Shown here piece by piece: positions 20,215 through 29,557 of a stretch of DNA of 33,874 bases (positions are counted from its first letter, which is position 1; each line of letters begins with the position of its first letter). This DNA is from Armatimonadota bacterium (lineage in GTDB: Bacteria; Sysuimicrobiota; Sysuimicrobiia; Sysuimicrobiales; Humicultoraceae), in the NCBI GenBank assembly GCA_052386995.1, contig JBQTJP010000324.1:1-33874 (forward strand), written 5' to 3'. Below the pieces are notes generated by a model that worked only from the letters and a program-made list of their open reading frames with translations, did no database searches and was not told the DNA's origin. A program made the position numbers and the translations under genes.

Positions 20215-22188
20215 ATGATCGTCGAGATGCGTCGGGTGCTCGTGTTCGGCCCGAAACGTCTGCTGGCGCCCGTGATGGAGGAAGTGCAGCGCCTGGGCGT
20301 GCTGCATGTCGACCGTATCGAGGCCGAAGAGGCGTCGCTCAGCGCGCTGCAGCTCGATGAGACGGCCTCGGCACAGCAGGCCGCGTTGGAGCGGCTTCGC
20401 ATACGCGCGGACGCCCTGCTCGGTCTGCTGCCCGCGGTACCCGGCGATTCGCACATCCCAGGTGGCGATTCCGCTGACCTCGCCGATGCCGATGTCGACG
20501 CCCTGGAGAGCGCGCTTGCCGCGATCGAAAATGAAGTCCGCGCACTCAGCCGCCGGCGGCTTGAGGCTGAAGAAGAACGGGAGTTGATCAAAACGTATGA
20601 AGGCGCGGTCCGTGTGCTCTCGCCGCTGCTCGGCGCGCTGCGGGACAGCAAGTCGGTGGAGACCGTTGGGTTCATCCTGCGTGGGAAAGACCTGACGGTC
20701 GTGCAGGCACTGCGGAATCAGCTCAACGAACTGACCAATGGGCGCGTGGAGGTCGTGAGCCGGACGATCGAGGAAGGCAAGATCGGCGTCGTGGTCGCGT
20801 TTCTGCACCGCGATGCCGAAGCCGTGCGCAACTTCCTCACGCAGGCCGGCATCTCGGAGCTGCGGCTCCCGGCGCGATATGCGGAGGCGGGTCCGGCCGA
20901 AGCGGTACGCTTGATGCAGCAGCGGCGCGAGGCGCTGCCCAGGGAACTCGCCGAGATCGATGCCGCGCTGGCAGAGGCCGCCCGGCGCTACCGGCCGCGC
21001 GTCACCGCCATCCGAGGGCTCGTCGCCGACCGGCTCGCCCGACTGCGCGCGCTGCCCAATCTGGTCGAGTCGCGCTACACGTTCATCCTGTACGGCTGGG
21101 CGCCGGCGTCCCGCATGGCGGAGGTGCGCGCGGCGCTGCGGCGCCGCTTCGGTCATGACGTCATCGTGCACGATGTCCCCGCCGATCCGCACGACACCGC
21201 GGGCGTGCCGGTGCTGCTGGACAACCCGGCCCCGATCCGGCCGTTTCAGCGGCTGCTGGCCCTCTTCAGGCCTCCCCGGTACGGCACCCTCGACCCGACG
21301 GTGTATCTGGCGATCTTCTTTCCGATCTTTGTGGGGATGGTCGTTGGGGATGTCGCCATCGGCATACTGCTTTTCGCGTTTGGCTGGTGGATGCGGAACA
21401 AGGCGCAACATGGGGAGACGTGGGATATCGAGATTCCCTGGGTTCGCATCAATCTGGGGATCCGCGTCCCGCCCGACGCGCTCGCCGACATGTCGTGGAT
21501 TGTCCGGATTCTGGCCATCTGGACGATCCTGTTTGGCGTGCTGTATCTCGAGGTGTTTGGCAACCTTATCGAGCACCACTTCCACGTGCAGCCGATCTTC
21601 AACCGCGTGGAATTGACCACGACGTTCTTTTACATCACCGTTGCCGCGGGGCTCGTACAGGTGATGCTGGGCTACTTGCTCCATCTGATGATCGCGGTGC
21701 GCCACCGCCACCTCGTGGGTGTGCTGGAGTCGCTGGCCATGATTAGCGGGGTGTCGGCCCTGTTCGCCATCCTCGGCGCCATGGGCAACATCCTGCCTGC
21801 GAGCTACTTCACTCCCGGTATCGCGCTGGCCGCGGCCTTCCTCGTATTTGTCCTGATCGGCATTGTCCTGAACCGGATGGCGGCGATGTGGCTGCTCGAG
21901 GCCATCTCGGGTATGGGCAATGTGCTCTCGTACGCTCGGTTGTTTGGCGTGGGGCTCGCGGCGGCGGTGCTGGCGAACGTCGCTAACGAGCTCGGGGGCA
22001 TGTTCGGACCGATATGGATCGGCATTCTCCTCGGGATCATCATCCAGTTAGGAATTCTGGTCTTCACGTTTGCCGGCCACGTCATTCAGCCCGCGCGGTT
22101 GAACTGGGTCGAATTCCTCACCAAGTTCAAGTATCACGATGAGACAGGTAACTCGTACCAGCCGCTGCACAAAACAGGAGGTGACTAG
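20215..22188 (+). CDS. atpI: V/A-type ATP synthase subunit I (a)
   Basis: MIVEMRRV..GP, PPRYGTLDPT, GMVVGD, GNVLSYARLFGVGLA (essential Arg), QPARLNWVEFLTKF. Confidence 0.94.
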   Translation: MIVEMRRVLVFGPKRLLAPVMEEVQRLGVLHVDRIEAEEASLSALQLDETASAQQAALERLRIRADALLGLLPAVPGDSHIPGGDSADLADADVDALESALAAIENEVRALSRRRLEAEEERELIKTYEGAVRVLSPLLGALRDSKSVETVGFILRGKDLTVVQALRNQLNELTNGRVEVVSRTIEEGKIGVVVAFLHRDAEAVRNFLTQAGISELRLPARYAEAGPAEAVRLMQQRREALPRELAEIDAALAEAARRYRPRVTAIRGLVADRLARLRALPNLVESRYTFILYGWAPASRMAEVRAALRRRFGHDVIVHDVPADPHDTAGVPVLLDNPAPIRPFQRLLALFRPPRYGTLDPTVYLAIFFPIFVGMVVGDVAIGILLFAFGWWMRNKAQHGETWDIEIPWVRINLGIRVPPDALADMSWIVRILAIWTILFGVLYLEVFGNLIEHHFHVQPIFNRVELTTTFFYITVAAGLVQVMLGYLLHLMIAVRHRHLVGVLESLAMISGVSALFAILGAMGNILPASYFTPGIALAAAFLVFVLIGIVLNRMAAMWLLEAISGMGNVLSYARLFGVGLAAAVLANVANELGGMFGPIWIGILLGIIIQLGILVFTFAGHVIQPARLNWVEFLTKFKYHDETGNSYQPLHKTGGD

Positions 22189-22189
22189 G

Positions 22190-22513
22190 TTGAAGAAAGC
22201 GCTGTACATGTTCGGATTAGTCGGAGCGATCATGCTGGCGACCGCGTCGGTGGCAGTTGCAGCCGAAGCGACGCCTGGTGCGGCCAAGGAGCTCACAATT
22301 GCGCACGGGTTGTTGGGTCTCGCTGCCGCGATCGCGATCTTCGGAGGGGCCATCGGCACGGCGTGGGCGCAGTCTCGCATCGGCGCGGCCGCGGCCGGCG
22401 CGATCGCCGAACGCCCCGAGATCGGCGGACAGATGCTGATCTTCCTCGTGCTTCCCGAAACGTTGATCATCTTCGGTTTCCTCGTCGCGTTCTTCATTGT
22501 CCAGAGGATCTAA
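22190..22513 (+). CDS. atpK: V/A-type ATP synthase proteolipid subunit K (c/L), single hairpin with signal-peptide-like N-terminus
   Basis: TTG 22190 after AGGAGGTGA. AWAQSRIGAAAAGAIAERP...FLVLPETLIIFG with the ion-binding Glu. Confidence 0.92.
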   Translation: MKKALYMFGLVGAIMLATASVAVAAEATPGAAKELTIAHGLLGLAAAIAIFGGAIGTAWAQSRIGAAAAGAIAERPEIGGQMLIFLVLPETLIIFGFLVAFFIVQRI

Positions 22514-22528
22514 AGCGGATCCCACGAG

Positions 22529-23128
22529 ATGAGCTCCGAGCTGATCACTCTCCTCGAGCGCGAGGCTGCGGCCGAGCGTGAGAAGCTGCTGGCCGAGGCC
22601 CGTGAGAAGGCAGAAGCCATTCTCGCGCAGGCGCGCCGCGAGGCGGAGGAGCTGCTGGCAGCGCACCGGGCCCGGCTGGACGCCGAGGCGAAGGCCGCCG
22701 TCGTCAAGGCGCAGAGCACCGCGCAGCTGCGCGCGTCGTCCCTCGTCCTGCAGGCCAAGGAGGAGGAGATCAGGCGGGTCTTCGCACTGGCCGAGGCCGA
22801 GCTCATGCGGTTTGCCGGCAACGGCCAGCGCTATCCCCACATCCTGGAGGCGTTCATCGAGGAGGCGCTGCGCGGTCTGGGAGCCGAGGCCGTGGTGACC
22901 GTGAACCCTTCCGATAAGGATACCGCTGAGGCGGTACTCGTCATGATGAAGCTGGGGGACCGCGTAGGAAAAGTTGCCGTGCGCACCGATCCGTCGGTCC
23001 AGGGTGGGGCCCGCATCTCGTCGCCCGAAGGACGCTTCATGGTGACAAATACGCTCGGCTCCCGGCTGGAGCGCGCGCGCCCAATGCTCGCGGCCGAGGT
23101 TGCCAGGACGCTCTGGGGGTCGCACTAG
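22529..23128 (+). CDS. atpE: V/A-type ATP synthase subunit E
   Basis: N-terminal coiled coil plus VTVNP.D ... GGARI ... VTNTLGSRLE; operon position. Confidence 0.9.
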   Translation: MSSELITLLEREAAAEREKLLAEAREKAEAILAQARREAEELLAAHRARLDAEAKAAVVKAQSTAQLRASSLVLQAKEEEIRRVFALAEAELMRFAGNGQRYPHILEAFIEEALRGLGAEAVVTVNPSDKDTAEAVLVMMKLGDRVGKVAVRTDPSVQGGARISSPEGRFMVTNTLGSRLERARPMLAAEVARTLWGSH

Positions 23129-23134
23129 GGGACG

Positions 23135-24178
23135 ATGCCTGACTTTCCGTATATCAATGCGCGGGTGCGCGCCATGCGCAGCCGTCTGCTGCCGCCCTCG
23201 CGCCTGGAAGATCTGCTGGCGGTGCCCACAATGGACGCGTTCCTCCAGGCCCTGGCCGCCACGCCGTACGGGCCCGAACTCCAAGAGGCGCTCTTACGCT
23301 ACCAGGGCCTGCGGGCGGTCGACGAGGCGCTCACGACCAACCTGCAGCGCACCACGCGCGCGATCCTGCGATTCGCCGACGGCCGGCCTCGTGCGCTGAT
23401 TGAAATCCTGCTGCTTCGGTGGGACCTGGCGAATCTCCGCGCGATCGCGCGGGGAAAGCACGCCGGCCGTCCGGTCGATGAGATCGCCGGCGCGCTCGTG
23501 CCCGCCGGCACTCTCGGCGAGGTGGTGCTGAAGGAGATGGCCGGGTACCCCGACGTCACCGGCATCGCCGGCACGCTCGAATCTCTCGACCATCCGTTGG
23601 CCCCGGGCATGGCCGCGGGCGTTGCCGAGTACGTGACAACGAAGGACCTGATGTCGATCGAGCTCGCGCTCGAGCGCGCCTACGCCGCGTACGTGTCGCG
23701 GCGGACGGCCGGAGCCGGAGGCGATGCGGCCGCGTTGCGAGAAACCGCTGTCGCTGAGATCAATGCCGCCAATGTGAAGACCGCGTTGAAACTCGCGTCC
23801 GCTGGGAACCTGCCGGAGGACCGGCGGAAGAAGTTCTTCATCCCCCTGCCGGAAGACGCGGGGGCGGTGGTCACCGAGAAGCTCTTTCTCGCGCTCTCTT
23901 CTCCGCAGACGCAGGCGCAGGCGTGGGAGCGGCTGCGTGTGCACGGATTTCCGGTCCGCGAGCTGCCTACCGATCTCGTGGCGTTCGAGCGCACACTCGA
24001 CCTGCATGCCGCCCGGGACCTTGCGGCGCGCTATCTTAGAGATCCGTTGGGACTCGATCTCATCATCGGCTACCTGGCGATGAAGTCGGCCGAGGTCGCA
24101 AATCTACGATTGATCGCCCGCGGGAAGTTCCTGGGTCTGCCGCGGGAGCAAGTGAGGCGGGAGATGGTCGTTGTATAA
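23135..24178 (+). CDS. atpC: V/A-type ATP synthase subunit C (d)
   Basis: DFPYINARVRAMRSRLL, RWDLANL, EVANLRLIARGK. Confidence 0.92.
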   Translation: MPDFPYINARVRAMRSRLLPPSRLEDLLAVPTMDAFLQALAATPYGPELQEALLRYQGLRAVDEALTTNLQRTTRAILRFADGRPRALIEILLLRWDLANLRAIARGKHAGRPVDEIAGALVPAGTLGEVVLKEMAGYPDVTGIAGTLESLDHPLAPGMAAGVAEYVTTKDLMSIELALERAYAAYVSRRTAGAGGDAAALRETAVAEINAANVKTALKLASAGNLPEDRRKKFFIPLPEDAGAVVTEKLFLALSSPQTQAQAWERLRVHGFPVRELPTDLVAFERTLDLHAARDLAARYLRDPLGLDLIIGYLAMKSAEVANLRLIARGKFLGLPREQVRREMVVV

Positions 24179-24488
24179 GCTCGGCATTATCACCGACCCC
24201 GAGACCGCAACCGGCTTCCGGCTGGCGGGCGTCGAGGTGCGCGAAGCCGCGAACCCGCAGGAAGGGCTGGAGCACCTGCGCCAGTTCGTGACCCTTGACT
24301 ATGGCCTGGTGGCGGTGAACGAGGCGCTGCTGGAGGGGACCGATGAGGAACGCGCGCGGCTGATGCGCGGCCGCGACCTGCCGATCATCGTGCCGTTTCC
24401 GGCGCCGCAGGTCGAGATAGAGAGTGGCGAAGCCTACGTGGCACGGCTGGTGAAAGAGCACATCGGATTCTACGTGAAATTGCGGTAG
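24171..24488 (+). CDS. atpF: V/A-type ATP synthase subunit F
   Basis: ITDPETATGFRLAGV, YVARLVKEHIGF; TTG start overlapping subunit C. Confidence 0.93.
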   Translation: MYKLGIITDPETATGFRLAGVEVREAANPQEGLEHLRQFVTLDYGLVAVNEALLEGTDEERARLMRGRDLPIIVPFPAPQVEIESGEAYVARLVKEHIGFYVKLR

Positions 24489-24500
24489 CGGAGGGTCAAG

Positions 24501-26261
24501 ATGGCGACGGAGGGCACGATCATCAAGATCTCCGGGCCGGCGGTTATCGCGCGCGGTATTCCCGGGGCGCGCATGAACGACCTGGTGCGCGTCGGCAAGG
24601 AAGGCCTGCTGGGCGAGATCATTCGGCTGGATGGCGAGACGGCCTTCATCCAGGTGTATGAAGATACGTCCGGCCTGTACGTGGGGGAGCAGGTGGTCAG
24701 CAGCGAGGTTCCGCTGTCGGTCGAGTTGGGCCCAGGCCTGCTCACCGGCATCTTCGACGGCATCCAGCGACCATTGCACCATGTGCGCAAGATGACCGGC
24801 GACTTCATCGCCCGCGGCGCCGTCACCGAAGCGCTCGACCGGTCGAAGCGCTGGGCGTTCACACCGAAGGTCTCGCGCGGCGCGAAGGTGCGTCCCGGTG
24901 ACGCGATCGGCACGGTTCAGGAGTTCCTGTTCGAGCACCGCATCATGGTGCCCCCGACGTCACGGGGCGGTGAGGTCACCGAGATGCGATCGGGTGAGGT
25001 CACGGTCGACGAGGTCCTCGGACGCCTGTCCGACGGGACTGAACTGCGCTTGTTCCACCGCTGGCCGGTGCGCCAGCCGCGACCGGTTGCGCGTAAACTC
25101 GATCCCCGCGAGCCCTTCATCTCCGGGCAGCGCATCATTGACGTGCTCTTCCCGGTGGCGATGGGCGGCGCCGCCTCGATCCCCGGGCCATTCGGCTCGG
25201 GGAAGACCGTCATGCAGCAGACACTCGCGAAATGGTCCAACGCCGACGTGATCGTCTACGTCGGCTGCGGCGAGCGTGGCAATGAGATGACGCACGTTCT
25301 GGACGAATTCCCGGAACTGGAGGACCCGCGCACTGGGCGGCCGCTGATGGAGCGCACGATCATCATCGCCAATACGTCCAACATGCCGGTCGCCGCGCGC
25401 GAGGCCTCGGTCTACACCGGCATCACGATGGCGGAGTACTGGCGCGACCAGGGCTACAAAGTCGCGGTGATGGCAGACTCGACCAGCCGCTGGGCGGAGG
25501 CGATGCGTGAGATCTCGTCCCGGTTGGAGGAGATGCCGGCCGAGGAGGGCTACCCGCCGTACCTGTCCAGCCGCCTGGCGGCGTTCTACGAGCGCGCCGG
25601 CCGCGTGGTCTGCCTGGGGCAGCCAGAACGCAACGGCTCGGTGACAGTCGTCGGCGCGGTTTCTCCTCCAGGCGGCGACCTCTCAGAGCCCGTGACGCAG
25701 TCTACCCTGCGCATCACCGGGACGTTCTGGTCGCTTGACGGTAGCCTGGGCTATCGCCGCCACTTCCCGGCGATTCACTGGTTGCGGTCCTACAGCCTCT
25801 ACACGTCGCTATTCAAAGAGTGGTATCGGGAGAATATGCCCGAGGACTTCGAGCATCTGCGTGACCGTGCATCGGCGCTATTGCAGAAAGAGTCGGAGCT
25901 GCAGGAGATCGTCACACTCGTCGGTCCTGATGCCCTGCAGGACGACCAGCGGCTGATCATCGAGGTCGGGAAGATGCTGCGCGAGGACTTTCTGCAGCAG
26001 TCCGCCTACTCCGATGTCGATGCGTACTGCTCGCTGGAGAAAGCCTACGGGATGCTCCGCGCGATCCTCCTCTTCTACGATGAGGCCGGCGGCGCCCTGA
26101 AACGCGGCATGCTGATGGACGAGATCCTCAACCTCAAGCAGATAGAGGAGATTGCGCGCATGAAGGAGGTCAAGAACGAAGAGTTCGCAGCACATATCAA
26201 GGGCTGGCTCGAACGGCTGCCGGAGGCGTTCGGGGCCAAGGCGGCGGCGGGAGGAGCATAG
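24501..26261 (+). CDS. atpA: V/A-type ATP synthase catalytic subunit A
   Basis: [17 protein letters not shown], Walker [41 protein letters not shown]. Confidence 0.98.
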   Translation: MATEGTIIKISGPAVIARGIPGARMNDLVRVGKEGLLGEIIRLDGETAFIQVYEDTSGLYVGEQVVSSEVPLSVELGPGLLTGIFDGIQRPLHHVRKMTGDFIARGAVTEALDRSKRWAFTPKVSRGAKVRPGDAIGTVQEFLFEHRIMVPPTSRGGEVTEMRSGEVTVDEVLGRLSDGTELRLFHRWPVRQPRPVARKLDPREPFISGQRIIDVLFPVAMGGAASIPGPFGSGKTVMQQTLAKWSNADVIVYVGCGERGNEMTHVLDEFPELEDPRTGRPLMERTIIIANTSNMPVAAREASVYTGITMAEYWRDQGYKVAVMADSTSRWAEAMREISSRLEEMPAEEGYPPYLSSRLAAFYERAGRVVCLGQPERNGSVTVVGAVSPPGGDLSEPVTQSTLRITGTFWSLDGSLGYRRHFPAIHWLRSYSLYTSLFKEWYRENMPEDFEHLRDRASALLQKESELQEIVTLVGPDALQDDQRLIIEVGKMLREDFLQQSAYSDVDAYCSLEKAYGMLRAILLFYDEAGGALKRGMLMDEILNLKQIEEIARMKEVKNEEFAAHIKGWLERLPEAFGAKAAAGGA

Positions 26262-26264
26262 GAC

Positions 26265-27677
26265 ATGGAGCTGGCGACCAAGCAGTACCAGTCGATCTCA
26301 TACATCTCGGGCCCGCTGCTCTTCCTGGAAGGTGCCCAGGACCTGGCTTACGGCGCCGTGGTGAACATCCACCTGCCCGGCGGCTCGGTGCGCGGCGGTC
26401 AGGTGATCGAGGTCTCGGAGAAGAACGCCGTCATTCAGGTTTTTGAAGAGACCGCGGGCCTGGACCTCGGTCGTACGTCGGTGAGCCTGCGCGAGGAGGT
26501 GGCCCGGATCTCCTGCTCGCGTGAGATGATCGGGCGCCGGTTCAGCGGCCTGGGCGACCCGATCGACGGCCTGCCGCCCATCATTCCCGAAAAGCGCGTG
26601 CCGATCATCGGTGCGCCGATCAATCCGGTGGCCCGGGAGCGACCGCAGGAGTTCATCCAGACCGGGATCTCTTCGATCGACGGGCTGAATACGCTAGTGC
26701 GCGGCCAGAAACTGCCGATCTTCTCAGGCGCTGGACTGCCGCATAATGAGATCGCCGCGCAGATTGCGCGCCAGGCCAAAGTGTTGGGCGCGGCCGAAGA
26801 GTTCTCGGTCGTCTTTGGTGCGATGGGCATCACCCAGCGCGAGGCGGCGTACTTCATCGAGCAGTTCGAGGCGACCGGCGCGCTCGCACGCAGTGTCGTG
26901 TTCCTCAATCTGGCAGATGATCCAGCCATTGAGCGGCTTATGACACCTCGAGTCGCGCTGACCACGGCCGAATACCTCGCCTTCGAACTCAACATGCAGG
27001 TCCTCGTTATTCTCAGCGATATGACCAATTATTGCGAAAGTCTCCGCGAGATCGGTGCGGCGCGCGAAGAGATCCCGGGCCGGCGCGGCTACCCGGGATA
27101 CATGTACACCGACCTGGCATCGATCTACGAGCGGGCTGGTCGCGTGCTCGGGCGCAGGGGTTCGATCACCCAGCTACCGATTCTCACGATGCCGGATGAT
27201 GATAGAACGCACCCGATCGCGGACCTGACAGGCTATATTACTGAGGGCCAGATTGAGTTGAGCCGTGCCCTACACCGAACCGGGATCTACCCGCCGATCA
27301 ACCCGCTCCCCAGCCTCTCGCGCCTCATGAAAGATGGCATCGGGGAGGGCCGGACCCGCGCCGACCATGAGAACGTCAAGGACCAGATTTTTGCCTCCTA
27401 CGCCAATGGTATTGATCTCCGACGTCTGGTGGCGATCATTGGCGAGGAGGCCCTGACTGACCGTGACCGACTGTACCTGAAGTTTGCCGACGAGTTCGAG
27501 AAGCAGTTCCTGGGCCAGGGCCAGACCGACCGCACGATCGAGGAGACCCTGACATTGGGCTGGAAGCTGGTCTCGATGTTCCCGAAGGGCGAGCTGAAGC
27601 GCATTAAGCAGGATCACGTAAACATGTACTACGGTGCGCAGATGGAACAACTCTGGGAGGACAAGGCGCGGATCTAA
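26265..27677 (+). CDS. atpB: V/A-type ATP synthase subunit B
   Basis: [59 protein letters not shown]. Confidence 0.98.
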   Translation: MELATKQYQSISYISGPLLFLEGAQDLAYGAVVNIHLPGGSVRGGQVIEVSEKNAVIQVFEETAGLDLGRTSVSLREEVARISCSREMIGRRFSGLGDPIDGLPPIIPEKRVPIIGAPINPVARERPQEFIQTGISSIDGLNTLVRGQKLPIFSGAGLPHNEIAAQIARQAKVLGAAEEFSVVFGAMGITQREAAYFIEQFEATGALARSVVFLNLADDPAIERLMTPRVALTTAEYLAFELNMQVLVILSDMTNYCESLREIGAAREEIPGRRGYPGYMYTDLASIYERAGRVLGRRGSITQLPILTMPDDDRTHPIADLTGYITEGQIELSRALHRTGIYPPINPLPSLSRLMKDGIGEGRTRADHENVKDQIFASYANGIDLRRLVAIIGEEALTDRDRLYLKFADEFEKQFLGQGQTDRTIEETLTLGWKLVSMFPKGELKRIKQDHVNMYYGAQMEQLWEDKARI

Positions 27678-27724
27678 TGGACGTCCCGAAGCGATACGTT
27701 CGGGAGGATTGAGGAGCCGACGGC

Positions 27725-28366
27725 ATGGCAGAGGTCATCAGCCCAACCCGCATGAATTTGCTGCAGCGGCGTAAGCAGCGGGAGATCGCCGACCAGGGGG
27801 TTGACCTCCTCAAGCGCAAGCGGGACGCGCTGGTGGCCGACTTCTTCAAGATCGTCCGCGAATCGCTGGCCGCTCGTGAGCGCCTCGCTGCAGCCTCCCG
27901 CGAAGCCTACGTCATGCTGACCCTGGCCAAGGCCCTGGAAGGCCGCGAGGCGCTGGAGGCCGCCGCGCTCCCCGCCGCGCGCGACATCATGCTCGCGATC
28001 GATATCCGCAACCTTTGGGGGACGAAGATTCCCGAGGTGACGATCGCCGACGTGCGCCGGCCGCTACTGGAGCGAGGCCAGAATCCGGTCGCGACCAGTG
28101 CCCGGACGATCGAAAGCACCTCCAATTTCGAGGAAATGATCGGCGCCATCCTGGCGGTGGCCGCCACGGAGATCAAGCTTCGCAAGATCGGCGAAGAGAT
28201 CAAGAAGACGACCCGGCGCGTGAACGCCCTGGAGCAGGTCGTGATCCCGCGGTTGCGGTCGGAGATCCGCTTCATCGCCTCGGTGTTAGAGCAGCGGGCT
28301 CGGGAAGACGTCTTCCGTTTGAAGCGTATAAAGAAGAAACTGGAAGCCAAGGAGGCGGCAGGATAG
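27725..28366 (+). CDS. atpD: V/A-type ATP synthase subunit D
   Basis: SPTRMNL, GVDLLKRKRDAL, EIKKTTRRVNALEQVVIP, REDVFRLKRIK. Confidence 0.96.
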   Translation: MAEVISPTRMNLLQRRKQREIADQGVDLLKRKRDALVADFFKIVRESLAARERLAAASREAYVMLTLAKALEGREALEAAALPAARDIMLAIDIRNLWGTKIPEVTIADVRRPLLERGQNPVATSARTIESTSNFEEMIGAILAVAATEIKLRKIGEEIKKTTRRVNALEQVVIPRLRSEIRFIASVLEQRAREDVFRLKRIKKKLEAKEAAG

Positions 28367-29119
28367 GTGGGTCTCGGGCAGGCGTCCTTCCGGGGACAGG
28401 TGCATCGCTGGCAGGCAGCCCTGGCGGTGCTGCTCGCGCTCGTGGGATTCGTCATGGTCGCGCAGATCCGCACCGAGTGGCTGATCAAGCGCGCCCTCCG
28501 AATTCCCTCCACGCAACTGGCCGAGTTGGCCTTTACGCTGCGGGATCAGGAGCGCCACCGGGCGGCGCTGGAAACGCAGGTGGTGGAACTGCGGGCGCGA
28601 CTCGTGGACTACGAGCGGGCGGCGACCGAAGGCCGGACTGCCGCCGCGCGCACGGCGCGATCGCTTCAGGAGATGCGGGCGCTCGTGGGGCTCACGCCGC
28701 TGGAAGGCCCCGGAATCGTCCTCGAGCTGAACGACAGCAGGCGTGCACCGCTGCCCGGAGAGGATCCCAACAAGACCATTCTGCACTACAGTGACATCGC
28801 CGCGGTTGTCGCAGAGTTGTGGGCGGCGGGCGCGGAGGCGATTGCCCTCAACGGCGAGCGGATCGTCGCGAGCACCGGCATCAACTGCGTTGGAACGACC
28901 ATCCTCTGCAATACCAAACGGGTGGCCCCTCCGTACGTCATCACTGCGATCGGCGATCCGGCGCGTCTACGACAGTACCTGCGGCAGCCGGGCGGGGGCC
29001 TCGAGTTGCTCGCGGCGTTCGACTTTCCAATCCGCCTCACGGTGCGCCGGCTCGTGCAGGTGCCGGCCTATCGGGGAACGTATCGGTTCGAGCACACGAC
29101 CATCACCGTACAGGAGTAA
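28367..29119 (+). CDS. DUF881 family protein (YlxW/YlxX-like; N-terminal TM plus coiled coil)
   Basis: GLTPLEGPGIVLEL.D, ILHYSDI..VV.ELWAAGAEAIALNGERI..STGI.CVG.TI, PPYVITAIGDP; followed by sbp. Confidence 0.9.
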   Translation: MGLGQASFRGQVHRWQAALAVLLALVGFVMVAQIRTEWLIKRALRIPSTQLAELAFTLRDQERHRAALETQVVELRARLVDYERAATEGRTAAARTARSLQEMRALVGLTPLEGPGIVLELNDSRRAPLPGEDPNKTILHYSDIAAVVAELWAAGAEAIALNGERIVASTGINCVGTTILCNTKRVAPPYVITAIGDPARLRQYLRQPGGGLELLAAFDFPIRLTVRRLVQVPAYRGTYRFEHTTITVQE

Positions 29120-29124
29120 CGCCG

Positions 29125-29520
29125 ATGTGGTTGCCAGTGCTGGGACTGATCCTGGGGGTCTTGCTCGGCTTCGTGTTCTCCGTGGAGATCCCGCTCGGGT
29201 ACGTCAAGTACACGGCCATCGCCATCCTGGCGGCGATCGACACCATTCTCGGCGGGCTGCGCGCGCAGCTCGAGGGCCGCTTCGCGCTCTCGATCTTCCT
29301 GTCGGGATTCGTGGTCAACGCGGCGTTCGCGGCGCTGCTGGCCGGGATCGGCGATCTGTTGGGGCTCGACATCTACCTGGGGGCGGTGATCGCCTTCAGC
29401 ATCCGGATATTTGACAACGTCGGCTTCATCCGCCGCGACGTCATCATGAGCTACCTGCGGGGCAATCCGCGCGACGCGCGGCGGCCGGCGACAGGCGGCA
29501 AGTCGGTGGAGGGCTGGTGA
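29125..29520 (+). CDS. sbp: Small basic protein Sbp (DUF1290)
   Basis: ATG 29125 within track ORF 28819..29520. YTAIAILAAIDTILGGLRA.LE.RF...IFLSGF..NA..A..L..IGD.LG.DIYL.AV.AF.IRIF.N. Confidence 0.9.
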   Translation: MWLPVLGLILGVLLGFVFSVEIPLGYVKYTAIAILAAIDTILGGLRAQLEGRFALSIFLSGFVVNAAFAALLAGIGDLLGLDIYLGAVIAFSIRIFDNVGFIRRDVIMSYLRGNPRDARRPATGGKSVEGW

Positions 29521-29543
29521 ATCCGGGCGGGCGCCGCCCGGAT
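29521..29543 (+). other. Perfect 10-bp hairpin between sbp and gap
   Basis: ATCCGGGCGG-GCG-CCGCCCGGAT; no U-tract. Confidence 0.6.
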
Positions 29544-29557
29544 GAGAGGAGGGGGCC

